Below are positions 19,040 through 28,274 of a stretch of 50,472 nt of DNA, in pieces (positions within the stretch are counted from its first letter, which is position 1; every line of letters begins with the position of its first letter). Made by a program: the position numbers and the translations under genes. The notes beneath the pieces are model-generated. The model was not told where the DNA came from, searched no databases, and was given only the letters and a program-made list of their open reading frames with translations. This DNA is from Candidatus Sungiibacteriota bacterium. Lineage in GTDB: Bacteria; Patescibacteriota; Minisyncoccia; Sungbacterales; HO2-52-23. Location: positions 1-50,472 of the forward strand of contig JACPMG010000019.1 of NCBI GenBank assembly GCA_016186095.1, read 5' to 3'.

Positions 19040-19861
19040 TTATTGTGTTGCTGGCGTTGTGGTCGACACTCGCTCCCCTTCGCCCAGACCTTTGGTGGAA
19101 CTCGTTACATTCACAAGCGCTTGATGGGCTTCCTTGACCTTTTCTTTCACGCCATCCACAACCTCGCGCACTTTTTTGAAGGCCGCTTTAAAATCCGGGT
19201 CTCCTACCGCCTCGGCATATTTTGTTTTCGCATCCTCAAGCGAGCGTTCGGCAGCTGCTATTTTATCGTTGGCCTCGACAAGTTTTTGACGAAGCGCGGC
19301 CACATCACGGCCGTTTTCCTCCGCTTTGCTCAATCGTGAAGCTATCCTATCGGAAAGACTTTTTAGACGACTTAGTGCTGCCTCGAATTTTACAGCCATC
19401 TGATTAAAGAACCGCTCGATATTCTCTGCCCTCTTCTCGCCAAGCTTCTTTTTTAATTCCTCCTTTCTAGCTTGTGCCTCTTCCTTAAACTTCTCGCGCT
19501 TATCTTGCAGTTCTTGTTTTACCGCTTCCCGTTTTTGTTTTAACTCTTCACGGAAAGTTTCCTGTTTTTTCTTCAATTCTTCACGTACGGCCTGACTCCT
19601 ATTTTTCAACTCTTCGGCAGCGGCTTCTTTCTTTTCGCGCAACCCCTGTTTTAACGCATCGCCTTTTTGCTTAACTTCCTGCTTCAGCGTATCGCGTTTA
19701 TCTTTAACGTCCTGGCGCAGGGCCTCGCGCTTGTCTTGAACTTCCTGTTTAACCGCTTCTCTTTTTTCCTTTACTGCTTCGTGGAATGCGGCAAAAACTG
19801 CCAGCGGAGCCACTTGCAAAGCCAAGGATGAACCTATAATAATAGCTGTAATTTTTCTCAT
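19040..19861 (-). CDS. Secreted long coiled-coil protein with 11-residue periodicity
   Basis: Signal peptide, then repeats such as KREAVKQEVQD / KREALRQDVKD / KRDTLKQEVKQ. Confidence 0.8.
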   Translation of the reverse strand: MRKITAIIIGSSLALQVAPLAVFAAFHEAVKEKREAVKQEVQDKREALRQDVKDKRDTLKQEVKQKGDALKQGLREKKEAAAEELKNRSQAVREELKKKQETFREELKQKREAVKQELQDKREKFKEEAQARKEELKKKLGEKRAENIERFFNQMAVKFEAALSRLKSLSDRIASRLSKAEENGRDVAALRQKLVEANDKIAAAERSLEDAKTKYAEAVGDPDFKAAFKKVREVVDGVKEKVKEAHQALVNVTSSTKGLGEGERVSTTTPATQ

Positions 19862-19964
19862 ATAACTTAAATTTATTTAATAAGCAAGCCTCTAGAATAA
19901 TCCCATTCTCGCATAGCCGAAGAGCCGTGTCAAAAGCTTTTTCCCCAACCAGAGAGACAGTCTC

Positions 19965-21011
19965 TTAAAACGCCCCTATCTCTTCCCACGGCAGTCCTTT
20001 TTTTCCGAAATGCCCGTACACGGCGGTCTCTCTGTAAATCGGCCTGCGTAACCCGAGCCGCTCGATTATGGCTTCAGGCCGGAAATCAAACCTATCTGCC
20101 ACCAAACGGCTTAAATCCTTTCCTTCGCCGCTTTGGGCATAAATCATTAAAGGATCTGCCCGGCCGATGGCATAAGCGACGGAAATCAAGCACTCCTTGG
20201 CAAAACCGCCGGCCACAATATTTTTGGCGGCAAACCGCGCCATGTATGCGGCCGAGCGATCAACTTTAGTCGGGTCTTTGCCCGAAAAAGCGCCTCCGCC
20301 ATGCGGTATCAACCCTCCATAGGTATCCACCATGATCTTCCTGCCCGTGAGGCCGGTATCGGCAACAAACCCTCCAACCACGAATTTTCCGGTCGGGTTC
20401 ACCAAAATTTCTGTGTTACGCAAATCGCCAATCACAGGACCAATAAGTTTTTTTATAAGAAGTTCACGGATCTCCGTCTGATCAATGGAGTCGCTATGCT
20501 GACAAGAGACCAATACAGCTTTTATCTTTCCGCCCACAATAGTTATCTGCGCCTTACCGTCCGGGCCCAGCCAAGCGCATTCTGGATCTTTCTTGCGCAA
20601 ATGCTCAAGTCCCTGCGTTAGCTTGTGTACCAAAGCCACGGCTTTAGGCAAAAATTCAGGCGACTCGCCGGTAGCATACCCATACATAATGCCCTGATCC
20701 CCTGCTCCGCCAGCATCAACTCCCTGCGCTATATCGGGAGATTGCTGGATGATATTGGCAATAATTTTTATGTCATCGGTGTAGCCGATATCTCGATATA
20801 CGGATCGGGCGATGGCCTTAGCATCCACGCTCCCTCCAGACGTTACTTCTCCGCCGACGACCAGAAGATCGTGCGAGCCGAAGGTTTCCACGGCCACGCG
20901 TGAATATGGGTCCTTCGCAAGATAAGCGTCCAAAATCGCATCACTGATCTGATCGCATATCTTATCCGGATGCCCGGAGGTGACACTCTCTACCGTATAG
21001 GTTTGCTTCAT
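19965..21011 (-). CDS. metK: S-adenosylmethionine synthetase
   Basis: ESVTSGHPDKICD, GAGDQG, GGGAFSGKDPTKVDRS; start set at MKQTY. Confidence 0.98.
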   Translation of the reverse strand: MKQTYTVESVTSGHPDKICDQISDAILDAYLAKDPYSRVAVETFGSHDLLVVGGEVTSGGSVDAKAIARSVYRDIGYTDDIKIIANIIQQSPDIAQGVDAGGAGDQGIMYGYATGESPEFLPKAVALVHKLTQGLEHLRKKDPECAWLGPDGKAQITIVGGKIKAVLVSCQHSDSIDQTEIRELLIKKLIGPVIGDLRNTEILVNPTGKFVVGGFVADTGLTGRKIMVDTYGGLIPHGGGAFSGKDPTKVDRSAAYMARFAAKNIVAGGFAKECLISVAYAIGRADPLMIYAQSGEGKDLSRLVADRFDFRPEAIIERLGLRRPIYRETAVYGHFGKKGLPWEEIGAF

Positions 21012-21024
21012 AATAGTGGTATAC

Positions 21025-21171
21025 ACCCCGCACTAATTTTGCTCTCAAGCCCGATGCTTTAATTCATAAACTCTAATTGCCGTATCGGTGGCGGCGCGCT
21101 TCGCCCATATAGGGGTGGCCTATTCGGCCGCGCGCGCCGCAAGATTCTCAAGGGCAAAATTAGTGCTGGGT
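21025..21171. mobile_element. 147-bp miniature TIR element between the SAM riboswitch and metK
   Basis: TIR ACCCCGCACTAATTTTGC / GCAAAATTAGTGCTGGGT (17/18). Confidence 0.65.
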
Positions 21172-21259
21172 TAAATTTTTGTTACCGAATTTTTTTCGCC
21201 AATGGCTCGAAAATTTGGACAAAAAAATTAAAATTCCCTCGCAAGAAGGGCTGATAAAT

Positions 21260-21392
21260 GTATTATCTTCCCCAACTGCTTGATGGGCTGGACTTGGCAC
21301 CGTGTCAAGCTACCAGTAACCAGTTACCAGTAACTAAATCGGTTGTCGGCGGATCACAGAGCCAGTGCTCTCCCCGCGCTCTTGATAAATAC
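21260..21392 (-). ncRNA. SAM-I (S-box) riboswitch
   Basis: Minus strand reads TTATCAAGAG...GGAGAGCACTGGCTC..TGATCC..GACAACC...GGTGCCAAGTCCAGC...GAAGATAA, the SAM-I consensus, upstream of metK. Confidence 0.9.
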
Positions 21393-21545
21393 TTATGAAG
21401 TTGTTGATTCTAACTATATACTTTTTAACGCCCTGCGGTCAAGAGATGTAAATCCATACAACGCTACCCCGCTTACGGAAAACTGAACGTAAAAAGCAAA
21501 TGCCCCCCGATTGAAGTCAGGGGACACTTGTAAAAACTCCTGCTC

Positions 21546-24500
21546 TTACTGGACGTAGCAATAATTGCCCGTGCTATTCCATAGACATCCTGTATGCGAA
21601 GTACAATCGCTTTGACTTGGCCAAGAACCGCATCCTCCGCCAGTACCTCCGCTAGTATACGTAACACAGGCAGTTCCATTCCAATACTGACTAGACGAGC
21701 AGGTAGTGCTGGTAGTCGTGGTCGTATTCGCCACACAGGTACTACCATTCCAATATTGATCTGCGGAACACGCCGTACCTGTGCCTGATTGCGGATAACT
21801 CCAGCATCCACCGTTATACCAATACCATCCGGAAGAGGAACATGTGGCCGAATCATAACAACTGCTTGGAGCGCTACACGCAGAAGTGCTACCGCCTCCG
21901 CTGGTACTTGTTACGCAAGCAGTTCCGCTCCAGTATTGACCGGATGGACACGAGGTGCTTGTGCCTGATTGTGGAGAACTCCAGCACCCAGCGTTATACC
22001 AGAACCACCCGGAAGATGTGCATATTGCCGAATCATAACAGTTGCCGGGGGTGCTACATGCGGAGGTGGAGGTGGTGGGACAAGAAGAAGCGCTGGAATA
22101 ACAACTATTAACGTTAGAGCACCAATAGTACCCGGAAGAGGAGCAATCCGCGGAGTTGGTACAGCTTCCGGGAGAACTGCAAGCCGGAGCAGGTATGGCC
22201 GCGGCCGCGTAACTTACGGTAACGCTATTGGTATTGGTGCCTCCCGTACATGTCTCTCCGGCCGCGCATATCAAAAGCAGATAAGTTCCGCTTACTCCGC
22301 TCTTGAAGGGTTCGGTCGCGGAAGTATCTATGGAAGTGGTTATGCCGTCGTACGAACTAACATCAAGATTTTGTTTGACCGCGGTCTTGGCGGATGAAGT
22401 TTCGTTGGCGTAGAAATCCACGTAATAAGGATACGTGCTCACGTCGGCTCTTTTTATAGTGAGCGCTATCACCTCCCCCTTGGTGTAGCTTTGCTTATTG
22501 GGCGTCATGAAAAATCCAGGATATTTCGGAGTGGTGGTCGTAGTTGTAGTTGTGGTGGAAGTGGTGGTTGAGGAACGCATCGCTTTTACAGAGTTGGATG
22601 GCGCGGAGCAGTCGCCGGCATTACATGCCTTGACCACAAACTCCCACTCTCCGCTCGGAAGAGGATTATACGTTGTGTATGAGCCGCTTCCTCCGGAAAC
22701 TGTCGGCGTTGTGCCTTCTTGTATCCAATCGGTCGTTGCCGTTGACCTTCGCTCAATTTTATAGGATGTCTCGTTAGTGGAATTATCGGTCCAGCGCAAA
22801 GTCACATACCAGTCTGCTGAAATAGTATGACTAAGTCCCGTTGGCGCGGCCGGTACCCCCGTACCGCCTCCTGACGTGGTGCCCGACTGACAACCCGCGG
22901 TTGTCGTTGTATCCCCTTCTTTAGCGGATTTACTCATCGGACTGTCGCAATAAATACCCTTTCCGGATGAGTCGCTATACATCCAATGACAGCCAGTGCC
23001 CAGAAGCGCTATTAACGACTGACTGCAACTACCCGAAGCTGTTGTCGTTGTCGTCGACTGGCACCAACCGCCGCTTGCGGCAGTGCTCCAGGAACACCCA
23101 GAGACTGATGTACAACTTGTTTGCGATGAATAACTGCTGCAGGCAGTTCCTCCTCCGCCCCCCGTGCTGTCTGTGGCCGGACAGCTCTCCGTTTTGTAAT
23201 TCGCGCCGTTGGTAAGATAACTGGGGTAGTTGTAGTCGCATCTTCGCTCCGAATTCAACTGGCAGTATCTTTTGCCTGTTGAGTCCCAACGGCTATAAGC
23301 AAATCCGGGGCAGGAGTTGGCGTCTCCCTGATAAGTGGTTGAGGTACCGGGAGTTTCGTCGTTGTCTTCCGCGCCGTAACAGCCGGCGTCTTGCGGATAA
23401 TCAATCAGGCCATCACCGTCATTATCTTTGCCGTCAGAACACTGCGCAGTTGAAACCGTAGCCGTCCCGGAACAGTCAGGAATTCCGAAATTCTGCCAGT
23501 TTTCGGCCCGGTCGTCTCCGGCGCCTGATTTCCACGTAAATCTATTTTTAGATATAGTCTTACATTGCGCTTCAATTTTAGCGATATAATTCTGATACTC
23601 GGCATCGGTCCGGTTAAGGATGAAAGAAGTTTCTTGAAGACCATCGCTGAAATACCAAAGTTTTTTCACCCAGTTGCCCGTGGTCGGAGTTGGTACGGGA
23701 ACTGGGACGCCGTATACAATACCAAACTTCATTTCGCACTCCGTAGCAATGCCTCCGCCGCTTCCCGGAGGATTGGCCAAACACTGGGCCTTGGCACTTG
23801 AATAATCTTTGGCCACAAAACCGTTGGTAAAAGTGTACGGATAGATAATCCCGACGGGCGTTTTCTCCTGTTCACAAGCATAATAAGTCCCGCAATCCGG
23901 AGAACTATAGCTCACCACCTTTTTCTGCCCGGCCGGGCAGATGTCAATCGTGGAAAGAGCAGGACATATTTGCGGCCCGGTTTTTACGCCAATATTGTTG
24001 GCCTTCTCGCATTCGGGCATAGTGCTGAAAGTAAAAGGACTTGAGCATCCGGTGGCGCTTTCGGCCCGACATGTTTTTTTGGCAGAATCAAAGACAAAAC
24101 CGCGCCACTCGGCCTGACAGGTGTATTGCGTCTCCGGAACACACTTTCCAAAAAAGTCAATTGCGTAGTTCCCTCTGACATCAGGGTACTGACATCGGTA
24201 TCCGGACACACACTGATATTCAGACAAGCCCCCACAAACAGATTTGTCCGTAGGATGAATCTTTATTTGCTGTTGATCTTTGTACGGCTCACAGCGTGGA
24301 GTAAGATCGCACCCGCGCTTATCTTTTTCGTATACCACTTTCCCATTGGGACAGAAGTCGAACGAGGGAGCAAAAGTTGTCTGACACGCTGTCTGCCCCG
24401 GAGGCGTTGACACCGATTCAATTTTGCGCGGTACGAATTCCGAAGGAATCTCCAAAGGAAATGCCCTGCCTTCTATATTGAATACTCTGCCGTCTTGAAG

Positions 24501-26639
24501 CACACACGCTAAAGGCCCCTTCATGTATCCCTGGACAAAGAAACAATATTGGCTGAGCTCATACGGGCTATAAATCATAAAGCCGCCCTCCCGTTTTACT
24601 CCGGTCTGGACGCTTGGCTGTCCCTCAAAAAATGGAATAAAAGTGGTCGTCTGCGTCTCCGCCCTCTTTTTTCCGGATTTAAACTCTTGAGCAAACCTGA
24701 TAGCATCGCGCGCGATTTGCTCCGCGGCATTGGCCTCACCATAAGCACGGCCCACATCATTGTAGCCCAAGACCGTCTCGGCCGTATCAAGCTTTCGTTC
24801 GGCAAGCTGCAGCATCCTTTGTACCTCCTGCACCGTCGGATCAAACTTGCCGTCCTGATATGCCAAATCCAGCGGCAAGGAGTTGGCCAAATCCCTCAAA
24901 TCGTTGACGTATTTTCTCGCCTCATCAATTCTTTTACGAGCCTTGTCCGGCGACTCAAAAATCACTCTCCGGTCGTCAAAGAAATTATTTATGTTTCTTA
25001 CACTCTGGGAAGCTCCACGAAATATATTTTCCTGTTGTTTAAATTCCTCCTCAAATTTCAAAAGGCGATCCTTATCATTGATACTCTCCACCCGCGTCTG
25101 AATTCCTTTAAGCACCGCATCGCGCAATCCGTCAAAAACGCCCCGTAAAGACCTGTCCACCTCAGTCCTGAATCTTTCCATGGCCGCGGCCTCTTCCGGA
25201 TGATCTCCGGCAAGGGAGCTTAAAATTACTTCGCGCTGGTCTTTGTTTCGCGCCCGGTCAATATCGCGCTTTATCTCCTGGGCCGCCTTCTGTTTCAGCT
25301 CCTCAAAAACGCCTTTTTTGTCCTCCGGGATAAGATTTTTAATCTCATCAAGAATGGCGATGGATTTGGCATCATGGAAACGCTCCACGCCCTCTAAAAG
25401 CTTTTGTTTCTCCTCACCGGTAGTGCTCTCCAACTTTTTTACAAAATTTTGCGTAACCTCTTTTTTAACTTCGCTGACCTCGGCCAAGAATTCGGGGCGC
25501 ACGTTATTTTCCAATTCTTTAACCACGCGCACATCCTTGAGTTCCCCCTCCTTCAAGTGCTCAAAAAATTTGTCTTTCTCGGCAGCAGGAAGTTTAGACA
25601 ATCTATCTCCGGTTCTGGAAATAGTTCCTTCCTTGGCCTTGGCCACAGTCTCGCGCAATTCCTTGGACAGAGGGCGAGCCTCAAGCTCGTTTATAATTTC
25701 CAGATGCCGCAGTTCGCTTCCGCCGGTCTGACGCACGAAATCTTCAAAAAGAGCTCTCTGCCCGGGATCAAAACGCTCCAATCCATTTTGAAGCTTCAGG
25801 AACGAATTATCTTCGACAACTTTAATGGCGCCTTTGGCCTCTTTCGGCGCTTTATCTCGTACCTCTTTCAGAACTTCAAGGTTTTTGAATTGCTTAAACT
25901 CCGATCCTTTTTGTTTATCCAAGACTTCCACTAATTTTTCTGACGCCTTTTCCGGCTCAACCAAATTAAACACAGCCCCGAATGTTTCGGCATTCTTGTC
26001 TTTGGCATCTTTCACGTCCACAAAAATCTCAGACGGCAATTCCTTCTCAAGCTTCGTAATAGACTTGCCGTACTTAACCACCGAATCCATTACTTTTTGG
26101 GAAAGATCTTCCGCCTTCGCCCCTTCCACGCTCTCGGCAGCATTTTCCACTCTGGTTTTGACACGATCCAGCTCCTGCTCAAAATTATCCAAGGCATTCT
26201 TTATATCCTCCGTATCGGTACCTTCACTTTCCGCCAAAGCTTTCGCCTCCAGAAGTTTTTCTGCGGCAAACTGCATATTACGTTCCACTTTCCTAGCCGG
26301 ATCGAACGTAAAGAAGCTGGTTACGCCTCGGCGGGCGTTTTTCAAAAAATAAAAGGGGCTGGTAGGAAGCATGCCCACGCTCTGCAAGCCAAAATCTTCC
26401 GGCCTAAAATCCTCGTCGCTTTGTACTTTCTCATCAACATTGACGTCTTTTTTCGCCTCCTCCGCGGCAATAGCCGCCAAAGCCGCCGCGTAATTCCTGT
26501 CTCCCGGCCTAAATTGAGAGGTTTGGGCACGCGCGTCAGAAGCTATAAGCCCAGCTACCAACAAAAAAACCGCAGCTGCGGCCCAAATTAAAATTCGACC
26601 CCTAATAAAAGAAACCGGAAAACAAAAATTTCCACTCAT
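21546..26639 (-). CDS. Giant (1697 aa) exported mosaic protein: DUF5667-like N-domain, helical region, many Cys-rich modules, FN3
   Basis: Signal/TM, GMLPTSPFYFLK..AAEKLLEA motif, Kunitz-like CQAEWRGFVFD..C..GC..F....EC, CSDGKDNDGDGLID repeat, FN3 (PAAPTGL..LRWTDNS.NE..YKIER), C-terminal C..QYW.G..CV repeats. Confidence 0.85.
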   Translation of the reverse strand: MSGNFCFPVSFIRGRILIWAAAAVFLLVAGLIASDARAQTSQFRPGDRNYAAALAAIAAEEAKKDVNVDEKVQSDEDFRPEDFGLQSVGMLPTSPFYFLKNARRGVTSFFTFDPARKVERNMQFAAEKLLEAKALAESEGTDTEDIKNALDNFEQELDRVKTRVENAAESVEGAKAEDLSQKVMDSVVKYGKSITKLEKELPSEIFVDVKDAKDKNAETFGAVFNLVEPEKASEKLVEVLDKQKGSEFKQFKNLEVLKEVRDKAPKEAKGAIKVVEDNSFLKLQNGLERFDPGQRALFEDFVRQTGGSELRHLEIINELEARPLSKELRETVAKAKEGTISRTGDRLSKLPAAEKDKFFEHLKEGELKDVRVVKELENNVRPEFLAEVSEVKKEVTQNFVKKLESTTGEEKQKLLEGVERFHDAKSIAILDEIKNLIPEDKKGVFEELKQKAAQEIKRDIDRARNKDQREVILSSLAGDHPEEAAAMERFRTEVDRSLRGVFDGLRDAVLKGIQTRVESINDKDRLLKFEEEFKQQENIFRGASQSVRNINNFFDDRRVIFESPDKARKRIDEARKYVNDLRDLANSLPLDLAYQDGKFDPTVQEVQRMLQLAERKLDTAETVLGYNDVGRAYGEANAAEQIARDAIRFAQEFKSGKKRAETQTTTFIPFFEGQPSVQTGVKREGGFMIYSPYELSQYCFFVQGYMKGPLACVLQDGRVFNIEGRAFPLEIPSEFVPRKIESVSTPPGQTACQTTFAPSFDFCPNGKVVYEKDKRGCDLTPRCEPYKDQQQIKIHPTDKSVCGGLSEYQCVSGYRCQYPDVRGNYAIDFFGKCVPETQYTCQAEWRGFVFDSAKKTCRAESATGCSSPFTFSTMPECEKANNIGVKTGPQICPALSTIDICPAGQKKVVSYSSPDCGTYYACEQEKTPVGIIYPYTFTNGFVAKDYSSAKAQCLANPPGSGGGIATECEMKFGIVYGVPVPVPTPTTGNWVKKLWYFSDGLQETSFILNRTDAEYQNYIAKIEAQCKTISKNRFTWKSGAGDDRAENWQNFGIPDCSGTATVSTAQCSDGKDNDGDGLIDYPQDAGCYGAEDNDETPGTSTTYQGDANSCPGFAYSRWDSTGKRYCQLNSERRCDYNYPSYLTNGANYKTESCPATDSTGGGGGTACSSYSSQTSCTSVSGCSWSTAASGGWCQSTTTTTASGSCSQSLIALLGTGCHWMYSDSSGKGIYCDSPMSKSAKEGDTTTTAGCQSGTTSGGGTGVPAAPTGLSHTISADWYVTLRWTDNSTNETSYKIERRSTATTDWIQEGTTPTVSGGSGSYTTYNPLPSGEWEFVVKACNAGDCSAPSNSVKAMRSSTTTSTTTTTTTTTPKYPGFFMTPNKQSYTKGEVIALTIKRADVSTYPYYVDFYANETSSAKTAVKQNLDVSSYDGITTSIDTSATEPFKSGVSGTYLLLICAAGETCTGGTNTNSVTVSYAAAAIPAPACSSPGSCTNSADCSSSGYYWCSNVNSCYSSASSCPTTSTSACSTPGNCYDSAICTSSGWFWYNAGCWSSPQSGTSTSCPSGQYWSGTACVTSTSGGGSTSACSAPSSCYDSATCSSSGWYWYNGGCWSYPQSGTGTACSADQYWNGSTCVANTTTTTSTTCSSSQYWNGTACVTYTSGGTGGGCGSWPSQSDCTSHTGCLWNSTGNYCYVQ

Positions 26640-26751
26640 ATTTCTTAAGGTTAACCGCTATTGACTCACTGTTGTTTAGAATAGGCCGCTAACGGAAAAA
26701 CGCAATAAAGGTTATCCACAGAGCGGTAAAATAGAACGGTCAGGCATGCTC

Positions 26752-27291
26752 TTAAAGGCCAAAAGCCTCCTGAACTCGACGCCTGACCTCATTCGCTCTC
26801 ATAGGACCGCGTTTGTGAAAAACTATCATGCCCTCCTTATCTACAAAGATAGTCTCGGGCATGGAGAAACCGCCGATTGATTGGTAGAAAACATCTGAAG
26901 GGTCGAGCAGAAAAATAAATTTGTCGGTGATGCCAAGCTGGTCGGAGTATTTCTTGGCAATCTCTAATGGCTCGGTGCGGTCAATCGCTGCGATAGTAAT
27001 TTTATCCCCGAATTCTTTCTGTACCTCGGCCAAAACAAGCAGCTCTTCTTTACAAAACGGGCACCACGAAGACCAGACATTTATCAAGACCGCTTTTCCG
27101 CGAAAATCAGAAAGTTTTACTTCGCGGCCGTTATAATCCTGCAGCGCAAATCCAGGCGCCTGACGATATAAAACCGCAGTATCCGCTTGTCTGTTCCACA
27201 GTCGCAGAAAAACAAAAATAAGAACCGCCGCGACAACGATTCCTATTATGCCGTATCCTCTGCCTGGATCAGTATTATCCGCGGGAGTCAT
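26752..27291 (-). CDS. TlpA/ResA family membrane-anchored thiol-disulfide oxidoreductase
   Basis: TM, KLSDFRGK.VLINVWSSWCPFCKEE, MPETIFVD. Confidence 0.9.
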   Translation of the reverse strand: MTPADNTDPGRGYGIIGIVVAAVLIFVFLRLWNRQADTAVLYRQAPGFALQDYNGREVKLSDFRGKAVLINVWSSWCPFCKEELLVLAEVQKEFGDKITIAAIDRTEPLEIAKKYSDQLGITDKFIFLLDPSDVFYQSIGGFSMPETIFVDKEGMIVFHKRGPMRANEVRRRVQEAFGL

Positions 27292-27524
27292 TATAAGCCA
27301 AGAGTTTCTTTGAGCCGCGGCTGATCAAATCCGATGATAATTTTTCCATCGACATCAATTACGGGCACTCCCATCTGGCCGGATTTGGCGATCATTTCAT
27401 CGCGCGCTTGAGTGTCGGCAGCCACATTTTTTTCTTCGTACTCCACGCTGTTTTTGGCGAAAAACTCCTTGACCATCTTGCAATAGACGCAAGACGGAGT
27501 GGTGTATATTTTGACCTTGGGCAT
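27291..27524 (-). CDS. Glutaredoxin / NrdH-redoxin
   Basis: YTTPSCVYC, GQMGVPVI. Confidence 0.92.
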   Translation of the reverse strand: MPKVKIYTTPSCVYCKMVKEFFAKNSVEYEEKNVAADTQARDEMIAKSGQMGVPVIDVDGKIIIGFDQPRLKETLGL

Positions 27525-27532
27525 ATTTAAAT

Positions 27533-28249
27533 TTATTTATTTAGCTCCTCCTCAATTATTTTCTGAAACTGAGCAAAAGGCACCGCGCCCTGAATGAGAC
27601 GGCCGTTAACAAATGTCGCCGGGGTGCCGTTGACTCCGGCACTTCTGCCATCATCCGTATCGCGCCGCACCGCCTCAAGATACTTGTCGCTATCAAGGCA
27701 TGAACCAAACTGCGCTTCGGAAAGACCGATGGCGCGCGCAAATGCTTTTAGATTTTCTTTGGAAAAAGCCCCTTCGTTCTCCCCGCGCTGATTATTGTAA
27801 AGATAGTCGTGATACTGCCAGAATTTTCCTTGCTCGTTCGCGCACTCGGCAGCCATGGCAGCCCACTCCGACTCCGGGCCAAGAAACGCAAAATCCCGGT
27901 ACACGAATCGCGCCTTGCCCGTCTTTACGTATTGCTCAATAATTTGCGGTTCAGTCGTATGAAAGAAACGGCCGCAAAAAGGACATTGAAAATCACCGAA
28001 TTCAATAAGCGTGACCGGCGCATCCGGATTGCCAAGGTAAGGAGCACTACCCGCCAGATCAGCCGGAACTATATTTGGAGATGCGCCCACGGCCGCCGTT
28101 CCTTGGGGTACTGCCGATCGAGGTGAAGATGTGTACAAAACTGCCGCCCCTATAAGAGCTCCGGCGACAATAATGGCGCCCGGAATCAAATAGGGGTTTA
28201 CTCCTCCTCCGCGGGTCTCTATATTATTTTGCGGCTGGGTGTTTTCCAT
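27533..28249 (-). CDS. DsbA/BdbD family oxidoreductase
   Basis: TM, GNPDAPVTLIEFGDFQCPFC, GVNGTP. Confidence 0.92.
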   Translation of the reverse strand: MENTQPQNNIETRGGGVNPYLIPGAIIVAGALIGAAVLYTSSPRSAVPQGTAAVGASPNIVPADLAGSAPYLGNPDAPVTLIEFGDFQCPFCGRFFHTTEPQIIEQYVKTGKARFVYRDFAFLGPESEWAAMAAECANEQGKFWQYHDYLYNNQRGENEGAFSKENLKAFARAIGLSEAQFGSCLDSDKYLEAVRRDTDDGRSAGVNGTPATFVNGRLIQGAVPFAQFQKIIEEELNK

Positions 28250-28274
28250 AAATAAAAGGCTTCACATTATATTA

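Noticed and set aside
24549-26591. Long antisense ORFs opposite the giant protein and other genes
   Set aside because: Shadow ORFs on the non-coding strand with no motifs
26712-26720. Perfect DnaA box TTATCCACA
   Set aside because: Single isolated box, with no cluster, AT-rich unwinding element or dnaA/dnaN nearby; not called as oriC
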